This document shows positions 13,911 through 27,405 of a DNA stretch of 64,000 nucleotides, in pieces (positions within the stretch are counted from its first letter, which is position 1; every line of letters begins with the position of its first letter). The notes beneath the pieces were generated by a model that did not search any database, was not told the DNA's origin, and saw only the letters and a list, made by a program, of their open reading frames with translations. A program made the translations under genes and the position numbers. Source of the DNA: the human T2T-CHM13v2.0 reference genome, Homo sapiens; assembly GCF_009914755.1 (NCBI RefSeq), contig NC_060925.1; one strand, given 5' to 3'.

Positions 13911-14794
13911 ATGCTCAACCTTTTAATATCTCCACGCGTCTATACAATGAGTTGGAGGGAAAGAGAAAAGAATCTTTTGCATTCCTATCCCTCTTCCCGC
14001 CACATGCCACAACTCTAATAATATCCCCTCTTTTTCCCCTTGTCATATCACTGTACACAGAGAGAGAAGTGACAAAACACTCTAGTCTGGGTTTTTGTTT
14101 CTGTTCACTTTTCCTGAGAAGTCCATCTTGCCCTGACAACATGACTAAACGTTTTGGAAAGACCACATACTATTAAACTTTCATTGAATGCCAACAGTTA
14201 CATTGCATCGGGAAGTATCTGTTGAAAAGTCTATCCAAATTTCCCTCTCATTCATGTTCTGAAAGTTTCTAATTACAGGGCAGGGAAAGGAAAAAAAGAA
14301 AGGAAGAAAAAAACCCTGTGAGTTTCACATCTCTTACTTCAGACTTAAGAGACTTTGTACACTCACTAAGACTGGTTATTTAGCTTAGTTATAAGAAACA
14401 AAGGAATAGAAACCCTGCTATTTTATGAGTATTCATGAGAGTGGTTGTGCCAACTAGTTGCAGTAAGGTTTCCAGAACTGAGCTAATTCTGGGACAAAAA
14501 ATTCCTACTGTTTCATGTGGTTAGTTGGACAGAAATGCCTTAATTTTGCAGAAACCTAAAATATCTGCTGCTACTATTAACAGTTACAGAGAGAAAAAAG
14601 AAAGGACGGCTGCCTATTCCTAACTGGAATTGGACATGCAGCCACTGCCTGACAATAATGGCTAGTGATTTTTATCCTGAAGGAAGTGATTCTATTTCAG
14701 TAATTTCTTCATAGGAGGTCTTTGTTTCTTCCCTTGAACATAACTGTGGAATAAAATTTATAAATATAAATTAGATCTGTTCATATGTATTACA

Positions 14795-15835
14795 TTTTTA
14801 AAATAAACTTTATTTTGAAATAATTTAAGATAAGAAATTACAAAAATATTACAGGGCTCTCATGTACCCTTCATTTAGCTTTCCCTAGTGTGACATCTGA
14901 CAACCACAGTACATTATCAACACCAGGAAACTGACATTGGTACAGTGCTATTAATTAAACGACAAACCTTATTTGGATTCCATTAGTCTTTTATATACAT
15001 TCAATTTTATCCGGTGTGACAACCTCTACTTTTTTATTAGAATGTTACATCGCTCACATTTAATGTTATTGGAAGCATGGTTGGATGTTCATCTTCCATT
15101 TTGCTGTTTTCCATGTCTCTTTTTTTAAATTCTTCTGTTCCTTATATTAAATAGCTATTTTGTCGTGGCCCATTTTAATTCCTTCATTGATATTTTAACT
15201 ATATTTTTGAGTTATTTTCTTAGTGGTTGCTCTAGGAATTAAACTCTATGCCTTAATTTATTATAGTCTGCTTCATATCAATACTGTCTTAATTCCAGTA
15301 AAATACAAAAACTTTTCTGCAGTATAGTTCTAGTCCCTGACCGCTCCTCCTTTTTGCAATTATTGTTGTATACATTAGATAGGATTATAATTTATTGCTA
15401 TGTAAATGCTATATCTTTTAAAGAATTTGAGAGAAGAAAAGGAAATGTTTATAGAATATTTTATATTAATCTACATATATATTTATATTTGAACAATATA
15501 ATATTTATAGACTATATTAACCTACCTATTTACTGTTACAGTTAAATAGAAAAGGCTTCAGAGAAATGGTAAATAACTGGTCTGCTGTTTGAAAATGTGA
15601 TAGAGCTTATTTACTGGTACCCTGTATTTCTTTCTGTAGGTTCAATTATGATCTGGTGTCATTTCCTTGGTCCAGTATACCTCCATTCCATCTCCTTTCT
15701 TTTGTGCTATTATTTCATACGTGTGTGTGTGTGTGTGTGTGTGTGTCTATAGTTGTTTGCAATAATTCTGCCCGGTTTTGTCAATGTGTTTGTTTTTCTG
15801 GGAGAGGATTTCCCACATTCCTCGTTCTGCCATTT
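14795..15835 (-). mobile_element. Ancient L1M (L1MC/ME-like) fragments
   Basis: T-rich reverse L1 3' end (TTTATTTTGAAATAATTT..CAGGAAACTGACATTGGTACA) and further degenerate L1M sequence; (GT)n at about 15721-15746. Confidence 0.55.
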
Positions 15836-17082
15836 TGTAAGCTGGTTCACCTATGTATTGGACTTTAAAGTAGAAGATTTGGCCAAGACCTTAAGCCATA
15901 AGATTTAAGACATGCACTACTAAAATGGTTAGTGAAACAGCCTACTCTTTGTGTTTTAAAGAAAGCAGATGGACAAGGACATTTATATAATATATAAAAC
16001 TTACCCACTTCACAGTTATAAAAGCATTGAAATAGTAGAGATGTGGGAAGAGCTTCAGAAGAGTTTTGTTGTTGTTTTGGAGAGCACTGCTGTGAGTACA
16101 GCCCCTCTTCCCTTGGGGTGGAGATCTGGAGAGGAATATGCCTACTAATTCCCAATCAAGAGAGGGGCTTTAAAGAGACCACTGAGAACGCTCATCAGAG
16201 GGTTTAACATTTGTCTTCTGCAGTAGGCTGGTGTCTTGTCATACTTGGGAAATATAAAGGACACAAGTAGCAGAATAGTTTCATTTAGGAAGTAATTGCA
16301 TTCTCAGGGTTTGTTGGAAGAAAGAAAACATGTATGAGTATTGTCCATGGACTAAAGAGAACCCTGGGAAGAATCTTAAATCCTATACAAGGCGTTTGCC
16401 TGGTAACATGAAAGAACCTCAGAAAACGAAAACTGGAAGTGGACCACAAGATGCACTGGGGCTGTGGAAAAAAACACAAGCCCCCAGCTGGAGTAGAGAT
16501 GCGTTTGTGCATGTCAGGGAACACAAGGAAGAAATCTCAAAAACAGAGAATCTCAGAAGAATCCACAAAAAGCATCTATGAAAGAAAGACTCAGCTTTAA
16601 CATGTACCAAGCCAAGAGATCACAAAACCAGCTTATAAAAGTACTGCTGAAGTAATATTTTTCTTGCCTCTATTCTCGCTCTCTCTGCATCCTTTTCCAA
16701 CTATAAGGGTTTAAAAACCAGAGTTATCAAGCTTGGGAGGGTTTGACCATAGGCAGGGGAGGGGAGAAGTCAATGACTTCATCCCCTTTCTCCTGCAACA
16801 AGCTCTACCTTGAGCAGGAGAGAGACTTTAACTCAACGAACCCGGCATTTCAATGTCTGCAGTGACTGGGTTAATTCTTTTTCTCTTTTCCTTTTTCTTT
16901 TCTTCCTTTCACATCCAAGTTAACAGAAAAGTTCTGAGGCTGCCTGAGATTTCATCAGGGTAGAAGGAGAGTTAGCCCTGAATAGAATCAAAGAACAAGA
17001 CAAAGTTGCTTTGAGATTAAATGCCATGAGTCATGTTTGTTTACTCTCTAGTTATCTTGTAGTTCTTAACCTAGTGATTTTA

Positions 17083-17123
17083 CACACACACACACACACA
17101 CACATACACACATACATACACAC
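17083..17123. repeat. (CA)n microsatellite, imperfect
   Basis: ACACACACACACACACACACATACACACATACATACACACA. Confidence 0.9.
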
Positions 17124-17544
17124 AGAAAGGGGGCAGAGAAGGGAGAGAGAGAAACTAGACTTGGACAGTTAGCTATCTTAAGCATATTTCTTGCTTTGGA
17201 TTTAATATCAGGAGAGTCTCTATCCAAGTCTTGCTGTAAGATACAGTAGTGGATAATAGGTGGTGAACAGAGTGGTTATGAATGAAGTTGCTGGAAATGA
17301 GAAGAGGAAATAAAATTGCTGACATTAAACTTTGGATCCCAGCAACAGATTTCCTCTAAACATTTTGAGTACTAATTTCACCCCCTCTGGAATCTCACTT
17401 GTTCTGCTTTTTTTAAATAAATAGAGAGCTAATTTAACATCATTTGACATTAAGAATTGTTAGGAATAAGAAAGAGAGACATCAAAAGAGGGTGTGGCAC
17501 TATTCTGTGGATTCTTTATGCATCAACCTGGCACTACTTTGAAT

Positions 17545-18272
17545 ATCCATCCATCCATTGGACAAATCTTTATTCTGAACCTACTATATTTGGGCCATTG
17601 TATTCGGCACTAGGGATGTCTCTATTAATAAGATAAATATGGCCACTGACTTAATGCCTCTTTTGTTCTCCCAGGAAAGACAGACATTGCGTCAGTGGAA
17701 TGAAAGGCTTGAAGGAGGAGTCTAGAGAACACACAGAACCAGTAACAGGCAGACCAAATATACTTTGAAGGTCACGGAAGGGTTCTCTGTGGAAATGACG
17801 TTGAGACTGAATCCTGGAGAATGGGTCAGATTTAGCTAGGTAAACAGTAGTTGCCTAAGAGGTTCAACATGATCTGCCACTGCCTAAATTTCCAACCTCA
17901 TCATAAGCCACTTTCACGTTTGCTCACCATTCGCCAGCCACTTGTCTTCTCTCAGTTCCTCATACTGCCTGCCTGGAACATTATAGTCTAAACCCACTCT
18001 CTCCTCACTCTGCATGGCTAGCTCCTTTTTAGTGCTCACCCTCAATTATTCTTTGTTTCTGCATTTTACTTGTTTCCATCATTTTATACAACTCTATTTC
18101 CAATTGTTTCTTTTATTTTTTGGATTCCTTGTTTTCTGATTGCTTTCTAGAGATGGAATCTCCAAGAGGGAAGGGAATGTATCTAGCTCCTCACTTTTGC
18201 CTCTCCAGTCCCTTGAACAATGTTTGACACATGGTAGTTATGCCTTAAATGTTTGTTGACTAAATGAATGAA
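17545..18272. mobile_element. Two L2 fragments in opposite orientation
   Basis: Minus-strand L2 3' end from about 17545; plus-strand fragment ending TAAATGTTTGTTGACTAAATGAATGAAT at about 18272. Confidence 0.55.
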
Positions 18273-20444
18273 TAGAAGAGGTAAGTTACAGCCCTGAGTG
18301 GGAAAGAGCTTGACACATTTGAAGGAAAGAAAACCAGTATGGCTTTAGCATAGAAAGCAAAAGGGAAAGTAGTGGTATGGGGCTGAGGAAGTAGATAGAA
18401 ATTCAATTTTGCAATCTTTTGCACTAGTATTCTTCAAATTGCTGTTAGTGAGTCATGAAATCAATTCAGTGGGCTGTTACCAGCATTTAAACAAAAGTAA
18501 TAGACTGAAATCAGAGTACATTGTACTTAGCAAAAGTATCACATGAAACTTACTTCTATATTTTAAATATTTGTCTGTGTATATATTTATGTATTGTATT
18601 GTGATATGCAAAGGTTTCTTCGTTTTGGTTTGCAGTAAATAGATATAAAAGCCACCATTGTAGACCATGTTAAGGATTTCTGATTTTTCTACTAAGGGAA
18701 TAGAAACTCATTGATGATATTTTCCCAGAAGAATAGGTTTTAAGATTTCCTTCCAATTGGAGACATTAATCATAATAAACAGTGTTACTACTTTTAGCAA
18801 CATGCATGCATGAAAAATCAGGCTAGCCTGCATTTATTGCTACCCCTAGATTGCCTCATTTTGTTTCTACAAGGTAAGAGCTATGTCTTATACACTATTG
18901 TTTCCCCAGTGCCTACTACAGACTAGGTAGATAGTAAAGATGTATTTGTTGAATGAACAAAGTATCTCCTATGAAGCTACTGTTCGTGAATTGAATGGCC
19001 ATAAGTCCCAGAAGATGCTCTTCTGCTATGCCATTCTCATTATTACAGCTTTTAACACAGAAAACTTTGGTGAGAATAACTACCAGAATCTTGTTTACTT
19101 TTTGAGGTTCCACTTGGAGAGTGTCAAGTATAAAGTCAATAGGGCCACAAAGTTTCATGGTATACACCTGTCTGATTCACCATTTTTTTGCTCCCAAGCA
19201 CCTTGCATAGCACAAGGCATATTGTAGATATTTATTTTTAAGTGGCAAATATATAAAAAAAACTTATTTTCTACTGTCACAACAATAATTACTACAGATA
19301 GTACATCTTTCAAGTAAATATATAATGTTATTAGTGATAAGTCTATGTAATGTTTATCTTAAAAGCAAATCATATGCATTGAATATTTATTATGGGCTAG
19401 GTACCTTTCACAGTACTGTTATTCACATTACAAGCAAGTAACCTGGGTCTTAGAATATGAAACTGGAACTTGAATTAAGGTCTTTCTAGATCCCATAACC
19501 AATGGTGTTTTCACCAAATTATGCTGCTTCAATAAAGAAAATAATTGGCTTTCCTTAATCCTTTGAATCCCTGATAGTACTGTCCTAGCATTGTCCTACA
19601 TAGACATTTCAGCTTCTGGAGAGGGAGGACATAAGCTCTCAGGAATTACCACTGCTGCAGCAATCTAAAGGCTTCATGCTCTTGGGCCTAGGAGCTTTAT
19701 GTGGACCATCATATGCATAGAACGCTTCATATTAAGAAATCACTTCTGAGGGGAAATGATATGAGGGAAATATGGATGGTAAAGATGAAAATGAGGCAGG
19801 TGATTTTATGTTATATCATCCATAAAAATATATTCCACCCACAGCTCTAGAGTATTAGCTGGATTCTGACTTGGGAACGGATGTAGTTCTCATACTTTGA
19901 ATTTAGTTGGCACGAAAACATCAGCCATACTAGTAGAAAGTCATTGCTGATCACTTTAAAAATGTTGTAATAGAAATAGCACAGAAAATGCTGATAATGG
20001 GAAGTGCTGAATCGTAAGGATTATATCACTCAATATAGGTATATATTTCTTGTATTATAAATTTAACTATAAATACCAGAGTAAAAATTACTCTATTGTA
20101 GTTTTGCCTGTATTGTTTTATAATGTTATCCAATAAATATAAAATGTAGTTTCAAAAATACTTAGAGCCTAATCAAAGACACAATACAGTATAATAGTAA
20201 ATGGATAATCATGTTTGTAAGATGTGTGTAATATGTAGTTAATTAGGGAAAAATAATAAGAGATAAAGGAGAAACTCATATCGATATTGATTAACAGTGT
20301 AAGACAGCATAGTAGAACAGAGGATGAGGGATGAGGGTAATACAACTTATGGATAAATAGAAAATGAACATCCCTTGACTTGAGCAAAATGCTTTAGTGT
20401 AACTGGGCTTGAAAATTATCCCTCTTACCTGTATATATATATCC

Positions 20445-20712
20445 TATCATTCATTCATTATTTAACAAATATGTATTAAGGGCCCACATGTGCCTACACA
20501 GGGACTGGAAATTTCACAATGAATGAAACACACAAAAAACCTGCCTTCATAGAATTTATATTCTAATGAAGAAGGGAGAAGAGATAGTAACACAACAAAA
20601 ACTACATAAGTGGATGTTAGATGGTCATAAAGCAAGAAAGCAGCGGTTTTGCCAATTTTAAATAATACAGTCAGGGAAGACTCCACTGGAAAGATGATAT
20701 TGGAATAAAATC
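20445..20712 (-). mobile_element. L2 3' fragment
   Basis: TCATTCATTATTTAACAAATATGTATTAAG..CCTGCCTTCATAGAATTTATATTCTA. Confidence 0.65.
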
Positions 20713-20773
20713 CTGAAAGTTACTAACAATAGCAGCCAGGTCCAATCAAAATAACAGAAATGTGAAAGCTGAG

Positions 20774-21158
20774 TGCCTTAGTCTGTTTCATGCTGCTATA
20801 ACAGAATGTGACCCACTGGGTAATTAATAAAGTGAACAAATTTATTGGCTTACAGTTTTGGAAGCTGGGAAGTCCAAGGCCAAGGAGCCAGCAGTTTTGG
20901 TGCCTGGTGAGGCTATTCTTTTCTTTCAAGATAGCCATTGTCCAGAGGAGATGAAGGCTGTATCTAAAATATGGCAGAAGGCAAAAGGGCTAAGAGAGAG
21001 AGCCCATTCCATGAGCCCCTTTAAAAAGGTATTAAACCCACACATGAAGGTGAAACCCTCATCATCTAATCACCTCTCAAAGGCCCCACCTCCCAATACC
21101 ATTACATTAGCAATGAAATTTCAACATGATTTTTGGAGGGAATAATAAAACTATAGCA
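20774..21158 (-). mobile_element. MaLR solo LTR (MST-type)
   Basis: CTTAGTCTGTTTCATGCTGCTATAACAGAAT, GGAAGCTGGGAAGTCCAAG, CTAATCACCTCTCAAAGGCCCCACCTCCCAATACC and a TATAGCA end. Confidence 0.8.
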
Positions 21159-22648
21159 CTAAAGTAGTTTATAATTGGTTAATGTTATCAGGAAACTTTT
21201 CTATTAGGTTTAAAATAAGAAAACGCAAAACAAAGATTATAGTAATTTATCATGATAAATTAGACTCATAGTTTGGCCTCATCTTTATTTAAAAAGTTGA
21301 TTTAAAATGCTGTATACATTTTGAGCCTGATTAATATGCATGATAAGATAAAAGTATTTGTACTTTAGGAGCTTAAGAAGCAAGTGATGAAAGTAAATAG
21401 ACGTTTTACTTTAAAAACATTTTTTTTCTTGTTGGTACAAATAATGATGGTTGATGCACCAGAATGAAGAACGGGGGGAATCCTTATTTTTTATAATTCT
21501 TAAATAGAGAACTATGGGTGATTTTTACCATTCATATAATATTGCTTCATATTTTTTACAACCAAATATAGTGAAGAAAGTGAGTTTAAAAACTCAAGAG
21601 CGTATTAGAAGATCCCATTTTTTTAAAAAAAAATTTAAATCCTCTCTTTTCCTATTGCTTTAAGTATTAAGAAAAAGCAGTGAAAAGGCCTGGAAAGATA
21701 CACATCATAATGAAAATGGTGATTACACTTTATTCTTTGTTCACTTCAGCAGTTTTTGTTTGTGACAATGAGCAGGAATCATTTTTATATTTTTTTAAAG
21801 TTGATGTTTAAAAAGAAAGATCACTAAAAATTTAAAACGAATTTGATTTATTTTGAAATAAAAACATTTTAGAATTTACATATTAAAGATAGATAATAAA
21901 GATATTTGAAAAGGTATTCCAAATTAGATGTAACTTATAAAATGCTGAAATACAAGTGTATGTTGTTTTATGAAACCTCAAGGACTTGGTATAATGGAAT
22001 AGCAAAGATGTTCATTCATTAAATAGTTTTTTATTTGATTTTAAATAACAGAGTAAGTGTAGAAGAAAAAAGGAAAGTATAGAGAGTATTTTTCCATTAA
22101 AATATTTTTATTTAACTGCTTCCAAATTAAACTGGTGTCTTCAAATGAACAAACATTTCTTTAAAAATGTCATTACTAAAGTTCAAATTCAACATGAATG
22201 TACTTTTATAATTCCTAACGAATAGCTAAGGTGAAAATATCTTTCTTTTTTATTGTGAATTTGTATATTGCTGACCCTACTGAGAAAACAATGACATGTG
22301 GCTTAATTATGATATAAACAGTACAAAAATAATTTTAAGTTTCCGTAATTTCAACATATTTCTCATAAAATACTTGGCAAATGAAAAGCAACACAAGCCC
22401 TGTAGTTTCCTAATAATTATTCACAGTATAAATTTGAACAAGTAAATATGGAAAATAAACAGTATCATCCAAACATGTTTACCTTTTCTCTAAGTGATGT
22501 GTGATAACCCATTCGTATACACAGGGAACTCAACCTATCTAGTGTCCTTGGGTAGACTTTTTCTTCCTAAGACGCATACTCATAATTGTTTAAATCTTAG
22601 AACTGCATCCAAGAGGAAGCTTAACAATAGTGATTGTTTATTTTGTAG

Positions 22649-22717
22649 GTTTTAAAGACGCTAGAGTGCCAAAGAAGACTTTGAAGTGTGAAAACATTTC
22701 CTGTAATTGAAACCAAA
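22649..22717 (+). other. PLA2G4A: PLA2G4A 5'UTR part of the first coding exon (exon 22649-22750)
   Basis: Acceptor ttgtttattttgtag|GTTTTAAAGACGC. No ATG before 22718. Runs directly into the cPLA2 start codon. Confidence 0.85.
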
Positions 22718-22750
22718 ATGTCATTTATAGATCCTTACCAGCACATTATA
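22718..22750 (+). CDS. PLA2G4A: cPLA2-alpha coding exon 1, residues 1-11 (MSFIDPYQHII)
   Basis: CCAAAATGTCATTTATAGATCCTTACCAGCACATTATA|gtaagt. Recognised cPLA2-alpha N-terminus; A at -3; phase-0 donor. Confidence 0.97.
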
Positions 22751-23764
22751 GTAAGTCATTCACTGTTTATGAATTCTTTCTTGGAGGGGGTCTGATATGT
22801 TTCTGTGAATATTGCGGGTGTTGCTAGTAAAGTCAAACTGTGACAACTTCTGCATTTGTTATTAAACTCATATGAACTTAATATAATACAAAGAGGCTAT
22901 GGAACATAATAAAAATAATTTATCTCTTCATTTTATTACTGTAAGTTTCCAGAAAAGAGGAACTTGAAAGGAAAAAAATACCCAAACACCATAATAATAA
23001 TGGAACAATAAAAAATGTTGTTATCACTTAGCAATCATCAGCCTGCATAGTTTACACCCTTCACATGAGTTGGTGGAAAGAAGAATAAAAGTAAAAGAAT
23101 TTCTGAGTTTAGGGCTATGTTATGGTTTGCATTTTCAGGGCAATTAATTCTATAAACTTTCCCTTAGTTAGATATGTTTAAATAAATTCTTCTATGGGTG
23201 CTTAATTTTAGTGAAGAGTTAAGTAATTCAAATTTTAGTACATAATTTTCCGAACTCCAGTGGAAGTATACATGCTCTCTTCTGGTCAATAAACAGAAGG
23301 GAGATTTCCTTACTGAATTCAACATTTGAGACTCAGGTTTATATGAAGTAGATAAAGGTTTTATGGATATTTAAGGAGTAATCCATAGCCTCATTTTTAC
23401 TTGAAATAAAATGCTGTTTTCTTACTCTGCATCCATTTCTAGATATCATCCTCTTTCTTGCCCTCCTTGGATGAAAAGTTTAATATATTATAATTATTTG
23501 TAATGTCTTCTTCCTGTCCATTCACAACTTGAATCATTGACCTGGACTCAGCCCTTCCACTTCACAAAAAGGTCTAATTAATTGGCTTCTTTGGTGTTAA
23601 ATCCAATAAACTCTTCAGTCCCCCCACTCCTTCTACCCAACTCTGCTGCTCATTACTGTTTTCTTGAAACTCTTCTCAGATTTTTCTGGTTTTGTTTCTT
23701 CTGTTTCCTTGCTGTTGGTTACTTCTCAGTTTTCTTATGCAAGCTCTTCTTTCTGTCTGACTCT

Positions 23765-24754
23765 CTTTTTTTAATAAATTGAGGTATAATATACATAAAG
23801 TGCATAAATCTTAATTGTTAAGCTTGATGGATTTTTACATATGTATTCCACCCACGAAACCATCACTCAGATTATAAGTACCCAGGAAGACTTGCTCATA
23901 TACCTTCTAGTCAATAACTTGCCTCAAAGGTAGCCAATATTTTACCTCTATTATCATGGGTAAGTTCTGCTTATTTTTGACCTTCATATACATTTCTGCA
24001 TTCAACGTTGTGTCTATGAGATTCATTCATGTTGTTGTGAGTAGCACACTTCCACACTTTTACATTGCCATGTGGTTTTTCATCATTTGAATGTCACAAG
24101 CTATTTATTTAATCTACTGATAACCATCATATTCTTTTTGAATGGCAATGGTGATTTCCTATAAATCAGGCTACCATATATGTGTGGCTTCATTTCTTTT
24201 CCGTTTTATTAGTCAGATAGTCTGTGTTTGCCCCAATACCAATCTATCCTAATTTCTGTAGTTTGCGCCAATACTAATCTATCCTAATTTCTGTAGCTTT
24301 AAAATATGTCTTTATGTATGGCAATGTAAATCCTCCAATTTTTTCTTCTTCAAGAATATCCTGTCTAGTTATAGTTCTTTGCATTTCCATATAATTTTTG
24401 GATTCATTTTGCCAATTTACACACACAAACACACACACACACACTCATGCATGCATGTACACGCACATGCACACAAAATTGCTGGGATTTTGGTTGGGAC
24501 TGTAATGATTCTACAGAGGAGAGATAATATGATAACAATATTGAGTCTTCCAATCCATTAACAAACCATGAATCTCATCCACAACTAAACGTTACTTAAT
24601 TTTATCTTTAACTATCTCAGTAATGTATTATAGTTTTCTTTAAGAAATCTTGTGTGTATATATATATACATATTTTATATGTATTTTTTGATATTTGATG
24701 TTTTAATGTAATTGTAAAAGTATTTGCAAACTTTATTTTCCAATTAGTTGTTGC
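23765..24754 (-). mobile_element. Ancient L1M fragments; contains a 35-bp tandem duplication at 24227-24296
   Basis: Reverse L1 motifs (ATTGAGGTATAAT, GAGATTCATTCATGTTGTTG, TTGAGTCTTCCAATCCAT). Confidence 0.65.
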
Positions 24755-24982
24755 TTTTTTTTTTTTTTGAGATGGAGTCTCACTCTGTTGCCCAAGCTGG
24801 AATGCTGTAGTGCTATCAGAGCTCACTGCAACTACCATCTCTCGGGTTCAAGCAATTCGCGTGACTTAGCCTCCCCTGTAGCTGGGATTATAGGCGTCCA
24901 CTACCATGCCTGGCTAATTTTCTTGTATTTTTAATAGAGACGGAGTTTTGCCATGTTGGCCAGGCTGGTATTGAACTCCTGA
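24755..24982 (-). mobile_element. Alu, 5'-truncated
   Basis: Poly(T) plus reverse right arm and part of the left arm, ending TGAACTCCTGA. Confidence 0.88.
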
Positions 24983-25377
24983 TTGTTTATGTTTAGCAGA
25001 AAAATATGAAAAAATTATTTATAATAACCATAAGATAATGTAAGCCTACAGTGTAAGGGCTCTGATAAGAGACAATGAAGATCACTCTGGAGTACATAAC
25101 AGGAAGAATTAATAACAGGAATCCTTCTGGAAAGGATTTCTAGGGGAAGTAAGATGTCAGCATAGACCTGAAGGTTAGCAGAAATTTGTCAGTTAAAGAG
25201 AGAGAAAATGACTTTTCTGAATTGGAAAAAATAAGCATATGTGAAGTAGTCTGAAGGCGGGATATAATAGTACATGATTCAAGGAAATGAAAGAAGTTCA
25301 GTATGGTTGGAACACAAAACATTTCAAAAAATATGATTATTTTGAATGACTTTAACTCTTCTACTTGATCTGACCAG

Positions 25378-25737
25378 GCCTTATTACTGACTGCCATGCA
25401 GCCCCCACATGTGTCTTGCTGGATGATCTGGGGAACTGGCCATTCAGTTTCTTCTTTTAACATGGCAGTCATATATAATATATATTATATAATATATAAT
25501 ATATAATATATAATATAATTATATAATTATATAATATTCTATAATATATATATAATTATATATAATATAATATAATTATATAATATGTAATATATATTAT
25601 TATATAATATATAATATTATAATACATAATATTATATATATATACTCAGCCATGTTAAAAGAAGAAACTGAATGGCCAGTTCACCAGATCATCCGGCAAG
25701 ACACATGTGGGGGCTGCATGGCAGTCAGTAATAAGGC
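25378..25737. repeat. Inverted repeat with 89-bp arms (25378-25466 and 25649-25737) around an AT-rich spacer
   Basis: The right arm is the reverse complement of the left arm with 2 mismatches; the 182-bp spacer is almost pure A/T. Confidence 0.95.
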
Positions 25738-25745
25738 TGACTGCC

Positions 25746-26065
25746 TTATATTATATGTATATATTATATTTATATTATATGTAATATAATATAAATATAA
25801 TATTATATATATTATAAATATAATATTATATTCATATGTATTATATAAATGTAATATAATATATAATATATATTATATAATGTATAATATATACTATATA
25901 AATATATAATATAATATATAATATATAACATGTATAATATATATACAATATATAACATAATATACTATATATAATATATAATATAATATAACTATAGAAT
26001 ATAATATGAATATATAATATAAATTATAATATTAATATAAATATAAAATATATTATATATATTTA
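25746..26065. repeat. AT-rich low-complexity (TATAA/TA)n tract
   Basis: Nearly pure A/T sequence next to the L1PA 3' end. Confidence 0.9.
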
Positions 26066-26074
26066 GTTTTTACA

Positions 26075-27048
26075 TTTTTTAAAATTAAACTTTAAGTTCT
26101 AGGGTACATGTGCACAACGTGTAGGCTACATAGGTATATATTTGCCATGGTGGTTTGCTGCACCTATTAACTCATCGTTTACATTAGGTATTTCTGCTAA
26201 TGCTATCCCTTCCCCAGCCCCCCACACCCCTGACAGGCGTTGGTGTGTGATGTTCCCCGCTCTGTGTCCAAGTGATCTCATTGTTCAGTTCCCACCTATG
26301 AGTGAGAACACTTGGTGTTTGGTTTTCTGTTCCTGTGTTAGTTTGCTGACAATGATGGTTTCCAGCTTCATCCATGTCCCTGCAAAGGACATGAACTCAT
26401 CCTTTTTTGTGGCTGCATAGTATTCCATGGTGAATATGTGCCACAGTTTCTTAATCCAGTCTATCATTCATTGGTGAACATTTGAGTTGGTTCCAAGTCT
26501 TTCCTATTGTGAATAGTGCCACAATAAACATACATGTGCATGTGTCTTTATAGTAGCATGATTTATAATCCTTTGGGTTTATACTCAGTAATGGGATTGC
26601 TGGGCCAAATGGTAATTCTAGCTCTAGATCCCTGAGGAATCGCCACACTGTCTTCCACAATGGTTGAACTAGTTTACAGTCCCACCAACAGTGTAAAAGC
26701 ATTCCTATTTCTCCACATCCTCTCCAGAATCTGTTGTTTCCTGAGTTTTTTATGATTGTCATTCTAACTGGCGTGAGATGGTTTCTCATTGTGGTTTTGA
26801 TTTGTATTTCTCTGATGACCAGTGATGATGAGCATTTTTTCATGTGTCTGTTGGCTGCATAGATGTCTTCTTTTGAGAAGTGTCTGTTCATATCCTTTGC
26901 CCACTTTTTGATAGGGTTGTTTTTTTCTTGTAAATTTGTTTGAGTTCTTTGTAGATTCTGGATATTAGCCCTTTGTCAGATGGGTAGACTGCCAAAATTT
27001 TCTCCCATTCTGTAGGTTGCCTGTTCACTCTGATGGTAGTTTCTTTTG
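26075..27048 (-). mobile_element. L1PA, 5'-truncated (about 1 kb of the 3' end)
   Basis: Reverse 3'UTR (TTTAAGTTCTAGGGTACATGTGCACAACGT); ORF2 C-terminal remnant [38 protein letters not shown] at 26451-26891. Confidence 0.95.
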
Positions 27049-27372
27049 AATGGCAGAGTATATTTAAAAATCAAACTTCATCTGGACATCTAAGGTTCAG
27101 CACTGGGACCTTTTCTTGAAAATTTTGTTAACTATAGCAACATATTTAGGCTATAGTAATTACCTATGTGGTAATGTTATATTATACCATATTACAAAAC
27201 ATGAATAAACCATATATTGGTATCATGTTTTTCGTTAGTTTCTCCAACATCAGGCTTAGACAGCAACTAGCATTCTAATTTATAGCCCTTTTAAATGAAG
27301 AGATCTGTGAGCTTTACAGTTTTCTTTATTCTTCTTATTCTCGCTATGTGTATATGGAAAAAAAACCAACTG

Positions 27373-27405
27373 TGGGTGTGTGCGTGTGTGTGTGTGTGTG
27401 TGTGT
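27373..27405. repeat. (TG)n microsatellite
   Basis: GTGTGTGCGTGTGTGTGTGTGTGTGTGTGT. Confidence 0.85.

Noticed and set aside
26451-26891. 146-aa ORF resembling a retroelement protein
   Set aside because: C-terminal remnant of ORF2 from a 5'-truncated L1PA; not a gene or an active element.
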